From assembly GCA_963675525.2 (NCBI GenBank), contig CAXXSL010000011.1:224001-288000 (forward strand): 64,000 nucleotides of DNA, given 5' to 3'. Both the position numbers and the translations under genes were made by a program. Positions 60,838 to 64,000 of the stretch are shown here, piece by piece. Origin of the DNA: Anaerohalosphaeraceae bacterium. Lineage in GTDB: Bacteria; Planctomycetota; Phycisphaerae; Sedimentisphaerales; Anaerohalosphaeraceae. Position 1 is the stretch's first letter, and each line of letters begins with the position of its first letter. The notes below the pieces were generated by a model. That model ran no database searches, had not been told where the DNA came from, and saw nothing but the letters and a program-made list of their open reading frames with translations.

Positions 60838-61404
60838 TTATTTTTTTCGCCTTAGCAATACCAGAGCGCCCAGCCCCAACAGAGCCAGCGTTGCCGGTTC
60901 CGGGATGCAGGCAATGATATTATCAATAGCCAGTTCATTACCGCCGATACTGAATGAGCTGATCGGTCCGGTCGCAAAGATGGCTCCTTTGTCCCCAATA
61001 TCAACAACCGTTACCATAACCCCTCCAACCATTGTGCCGTGCAGTGCTGAAAAGCCCGCTGCACCGTGAAGATCACCGTTAATCTCGAAAATCACATCGC
61101 CGCCATATTCACCATATTGCAATGACAATCCATACAGCGGATCAATGGGGAATGCAAAGTCGAGACTGATATTGTTCAGCCATATTTCGTTACCGGTTCC
61201 GCCTGCGTCACCATCGGCTTGTACAATGGCAAACGCGGTAGCGCCCGGATCATATGTCGTGCATGTGATTTCAACACCGTCAGAACTGAACGAGTTACCG
61301 ATGATATACTGTTGAGTCAAAGGAAGATCTTCGAACATGACAACATAACCCTGAACTAAACCGCACACCATGAGAATCGAAAGGAAGAGGAAAGAACTTT
61401 TCAT
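60838..61404 (-). CDS. PEP-CTERM sorting domain protein
   Basis: signal peptide; C-terminal IPEPATLALLGLGALVLLRRKK. Confidence 0.92.
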   Translation of the reverse strand: MKSSFLFLSILMVCGLVQGYVVMFEDLPLTQQYIIGNSFSSDGVEITCTTYDPGATAFAIVQADGDAGGTGNEIWLNNISLDFAFPIDPLYGLSLQYGEYGGDVIFEINGDLHGAAGFSALHGTMVGGVMVTVVDIGDKGAIFATGPISSFSIGGNELAIDNIIACIPEPATLALLGLGALVLLRRKK

Positions 61405-62019
61405 TATGGTCCCTCACATAGAAAGCCGTAATCGACAAAAAAAGAAAAAACGATCTATTTACGAACTTTCCTTCACCCTCAATGATTGTCTTTCCACCAT
61501 CCCCAAATTGAAACTAAATCCTAACACCAACCGGGCCAATTGTCAAGAAAAAATCCAAAAATTTATCGGACATTCCTCCGGCATCCGAGTCAGCAGCACC
61601 GATCCCTCCCCTGACAGTAAAAACATTAATTACTTTAATTACATATCCGGTTTAAAAGTAATTAAAGAAAGTATAGAAATTATACTTTCCATTCTCTCCC
61701 TGACAAAGGATTCATTGTATAGTACGTAAACAACGTAAAGTACCCCCGCTTTTCAGCTCAAAAACGAAACTTTCCATACTTTCCATTGTTTTCATAGTTA
61801 GCACTCTTGCATCCACTTTAATGATTCAAATGTTGTTTTTTCGCAACATTCTGTCATACAACCGCCTAAGAAAGGGATCAATACGAAATATACGAACAAT
61901 ACCCCTGTTTTTGAGCTAAAAATAAAACTTCGTATACTTAGCATACTTTTCACTCCCCTCCGCAGCCAAATCCATCCACCTCATGTCATTCGGTGGCTGC
62001 CACCCGTCCGCAATTTTAT

Positions 62020-62529
62020 TCAATCGCCAAATAAATCAAAATATCTGCCCATGCACCATATATTATTCACAACATATAACATCATTACTATAAATACCAA
62101 AAGGGGTTTAACGGCAGGTATTGTCCGATGTTTAATCAATAAATACAGGGATAAACCAGAGACGCCTAAGAATGTAAACACACAGAAGATCAGCGGAAGG
62201 AAAGGCCATATTATAATTGAAAGATTGCACAAACCAATCCAAATACATATTATCATCAATAGATAAGTTATTTTTTCACGTTTGTAGCTATTCAAATTAA
62301 TTGCAATGAAAAATGACAAGCATGTAATTGAAGCAATAAAAATAGAAGCCATCAAATAATACTGATTGTAAGATTTAATCCACCAATCAACGTTTCTAAC
62401 CTCTTGGCCCGCAAAAGGCTCAGCCTTTTGTAAAAAATATTCATGCATGTGAAAAACGAAGAAAAAAAGAAAGATGCTAAAACACAAAAAAGCAATATTC
62501 ATAATTATTCTAAACTTGGAGATTTTCAT
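62020..62529 (-). CDS. hypothetical AT-rich membrane protein
   Basis: 169 aa, ~5 hydrophobic helices, GGGAG RBS, ATGA overlap with the upstream gene. Confidence 0.7.
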   Translation of the reverse strand: MKISKFRIIMNIAFLCFSIFLFFFVFHMHEYFLQKAEPFAGQEVRNVDWWIKSYNQYYLMASIFIASITCLSFFIAINLNSYKREKITYLLMIICIWIGLCNLSIIIWPFLPLIFCVFTFLGVSGLSLYLLIKHRTIPAVKPLLVFIVMMLYVVNNIWCMGRYFDLFGD

Positions 62530-63542
62530 TTCAACTCCCTTCTGCTTTTCCAGATTTCGGTCATGACCGAGGCGGTGATGATGCAGGCGAAGACGAAGAA
62601 GGCCGTTGGGATGGCGGCTTCGGGGCCGAAGTGTTCGATGGCCAGCACCGTGCCGAGTCCGGCGTTCTGCATCCCGATCTCGATGGACAGGGTTCGCTTT
62701 TGGCTAAACGGCATTTTGAACAATGCCCCGACGCCGTAGCCTGCGGCCATGCCGTAAATGTTCAGCAACAGCACCACCGCAATCACCGCGGCGGTGGCCT
62801 GGAGCATTTTTTCGCGGTTGGACGCGATGACCAGTGTGCAGATGAAGATAATGAATGTCACCGATATCGCAGGGAACACATCCTTGACCTTTTCGACAGC
62901 GGCGCTGAAGAAATACCGGACCGCAAAGCCCGACCCCAGCGGCAGGACGACCATGAACACGATATCGGCAAACATCTTCCAGACATCCACCGGCAGCGTT
63001 GCCCCGGCCAGCAGTTTCGTCAGCAGCGGTGTTAAAATCGGGCACAGCAGCGTCGAGACCGTCGTCAGCGAGACCGAATAGGCCACATCCGCCTTTGCGA
63101 TGTAGCTCATGACGTTGCTGCTCATGGCTCCCGGAGCGCATCCGGCGATGATAAGCCCGACCGCCATCATGTCGGGCAGGCCGAATAGTTTGGCCAGTAC
63201 AAACGCGCCGATGGGCATGATGGTGAACTGAGCCGATGAGCCGATGAGGACGATGACCGGACGTTTGGCGATATTTTTGAAATCGTTGACCGTCAGTACC
63301 GCCCCGATGCCGAACATCGTCAGCGAAAAAAACCACAGGTTGGGACTGCGCAGCGACTGGAAGACTGCGGGCCATTGAGCGGCCCCGGCACCGAACATTT
63401 TAGCCTTTGCCAAAAACACAAACGGCTGCGGAAAATAATACCCCACCACCGCAAACACCACGATCCAAAAAGCAAACAGCTTGGTGTACCAGTGCAATAC
63501 GGTTTTCAATAGATTTGATTTTTGTTGTTCCATTGGCCGCAT
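62526..63542 (-). CDS. bile acid:sodium symporter family protein
   Basis: MFGIG..L, QFTIMP, CAPGAMSSNV, SIEIGMQNAGLG. Confidence 0.93.
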   Translation of the reverse strand: MRPMEQQKSNLLKTVLHWYTKLFAFWIVVFAVVGYYFPQPFVFLAKAKMFGAGAAQWPAVFQSLRSPNLWFFSLTMFGIGAVLTVNDFKNIAKRPVIVLIGSSAQFTIMPIGAFVLAKLFGLPDMMAVGLIIAGCAPGAMSSNVMSYIAKADVAYSVSLTTVSTLLCPILTPLLTKLLAGATLPVDVWKMFADIVFMVVLPLGSGFAVRYFFSAAVEKVKDVFPAISVTFIIFICTLVIASNREKMLQATAAVIAVVLLLNIYGMAAGYGVGALFKMPFSQKRTLSIEIGMQNAGLGTVLAIEHFGPEAAIPTAFFVFACIITASVMTEIWKSRRELK

Positions 63543-63589
63543 ATTCTACACGACCCCTGTCGATAATGCCAACACAGAAATCCGGTAGA

Positions 63590-64000
63590 TTATTTCCGAC
63601 GTTTCTTCTTCGGCGGCATGTCAACTTGCAGTCGGCGGATTTGGGCGAGCAGCTTGTGTTTGCCGCGTGGGCCCATCGCCCCTTCGATCAGTTTCCAATT
63701 GCGTTTGTCGTAATATTGCAAGAGTGCCGCCTGCAGGCGTTTTTCACCGCGGCCTTTGGGAATATGAATGCGTTTGCCTTTCGGCGACAGGCCGGAGACA
63801 TACATCGCCGTCGCCAGCGCCAGCGGAACGGGCACAAAATCCTGCACCTGCCGCGGCCGCCAGTTTCGGTCAACAAGATACTCGGTCAGGCCAATCGCCT
63901 CGTCCTCGCCGCTGCCGGGATGGGCACTAATAAAATACGGCACGAGATATTGTTCTTTGCCTGCCTTTTTCGTTGCTTTTTCAAACACCTTCTCAAATGC
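63590..64000 (-). CDS. YgiQ-family radical SAM protein, C-terminal part (truncated by the window edge)
   Basis: [22 protein letters not shown]...AT.MY..G, KRLQ.ALL.Y. Confidence 0.85.
   Translation of the reverse strand, partial: AFEKVFEKATKKAGKEQYLVPYFISAHPGSGEDEAIGLTEYLVDRNWRPRQVQDFVPVPLALATAMYVSGLSPKGKRIHIPKGRGEKRLQAALLQYYDKRNWKLIEGAMGPRGKHKLLAQIRRLQVDMPPKKKRRK

Overview
Bacterial chromosomal window, most likely an anaerobic Planctomycetota (Phycisphaerae/Sedimentisphaerales-like). This is inferred from dockerin-like '...WL' tails, a PEP-CTERM protein and the style of the MoxR/VWA cluster; no rRNA marker is present. Core genes include lexA, ispG, rlmN, a P-type ATPase, a methanogen-type DUF39/NIL-ferredoxin/UPF0280 sulfur-assimilation operon, scpA, trpS, acs, nfeD-SPFH, folP and pdxB, plus tRNA-Arg(UCG), tRNA-Pro(UGG) and tRNA-Leu(CAG). 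The dominant accessory feature is a visibly AT-richer, single-direction 14-gene operon of about 23 kb (42020->19008) between inward-facing tRNA-Arg and tRNA-Pro. In it an Fe3+-type ABC importer (lipoprotein SBP, permease fused to an NHL propeller, distal ATPase) encloses a MoxR-DUF58-VWA module and one ABC ATPase with four tandem paralogous double-domain permeases. The operon is preceded by a TGAAACA-N13-AGCGTCTTA ECF-type promoter that recurs exactly in front of nfeD-SPFH. Other highlights: a 10-heme OTR-like cytochrome with a dockerin inserted mid-domain, an ORF overprinted on lexA, three candidate structured ncRNAs, a degenerate duplicate of the ispG 3' end bounding an islet, a decayed integrase whose start region is triplicated, and a cluster of homopolymer frameshifts at 45.8-50.1 kb (probably assembly errors). 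All calls are from reading the sequence by eye; no searches were run.
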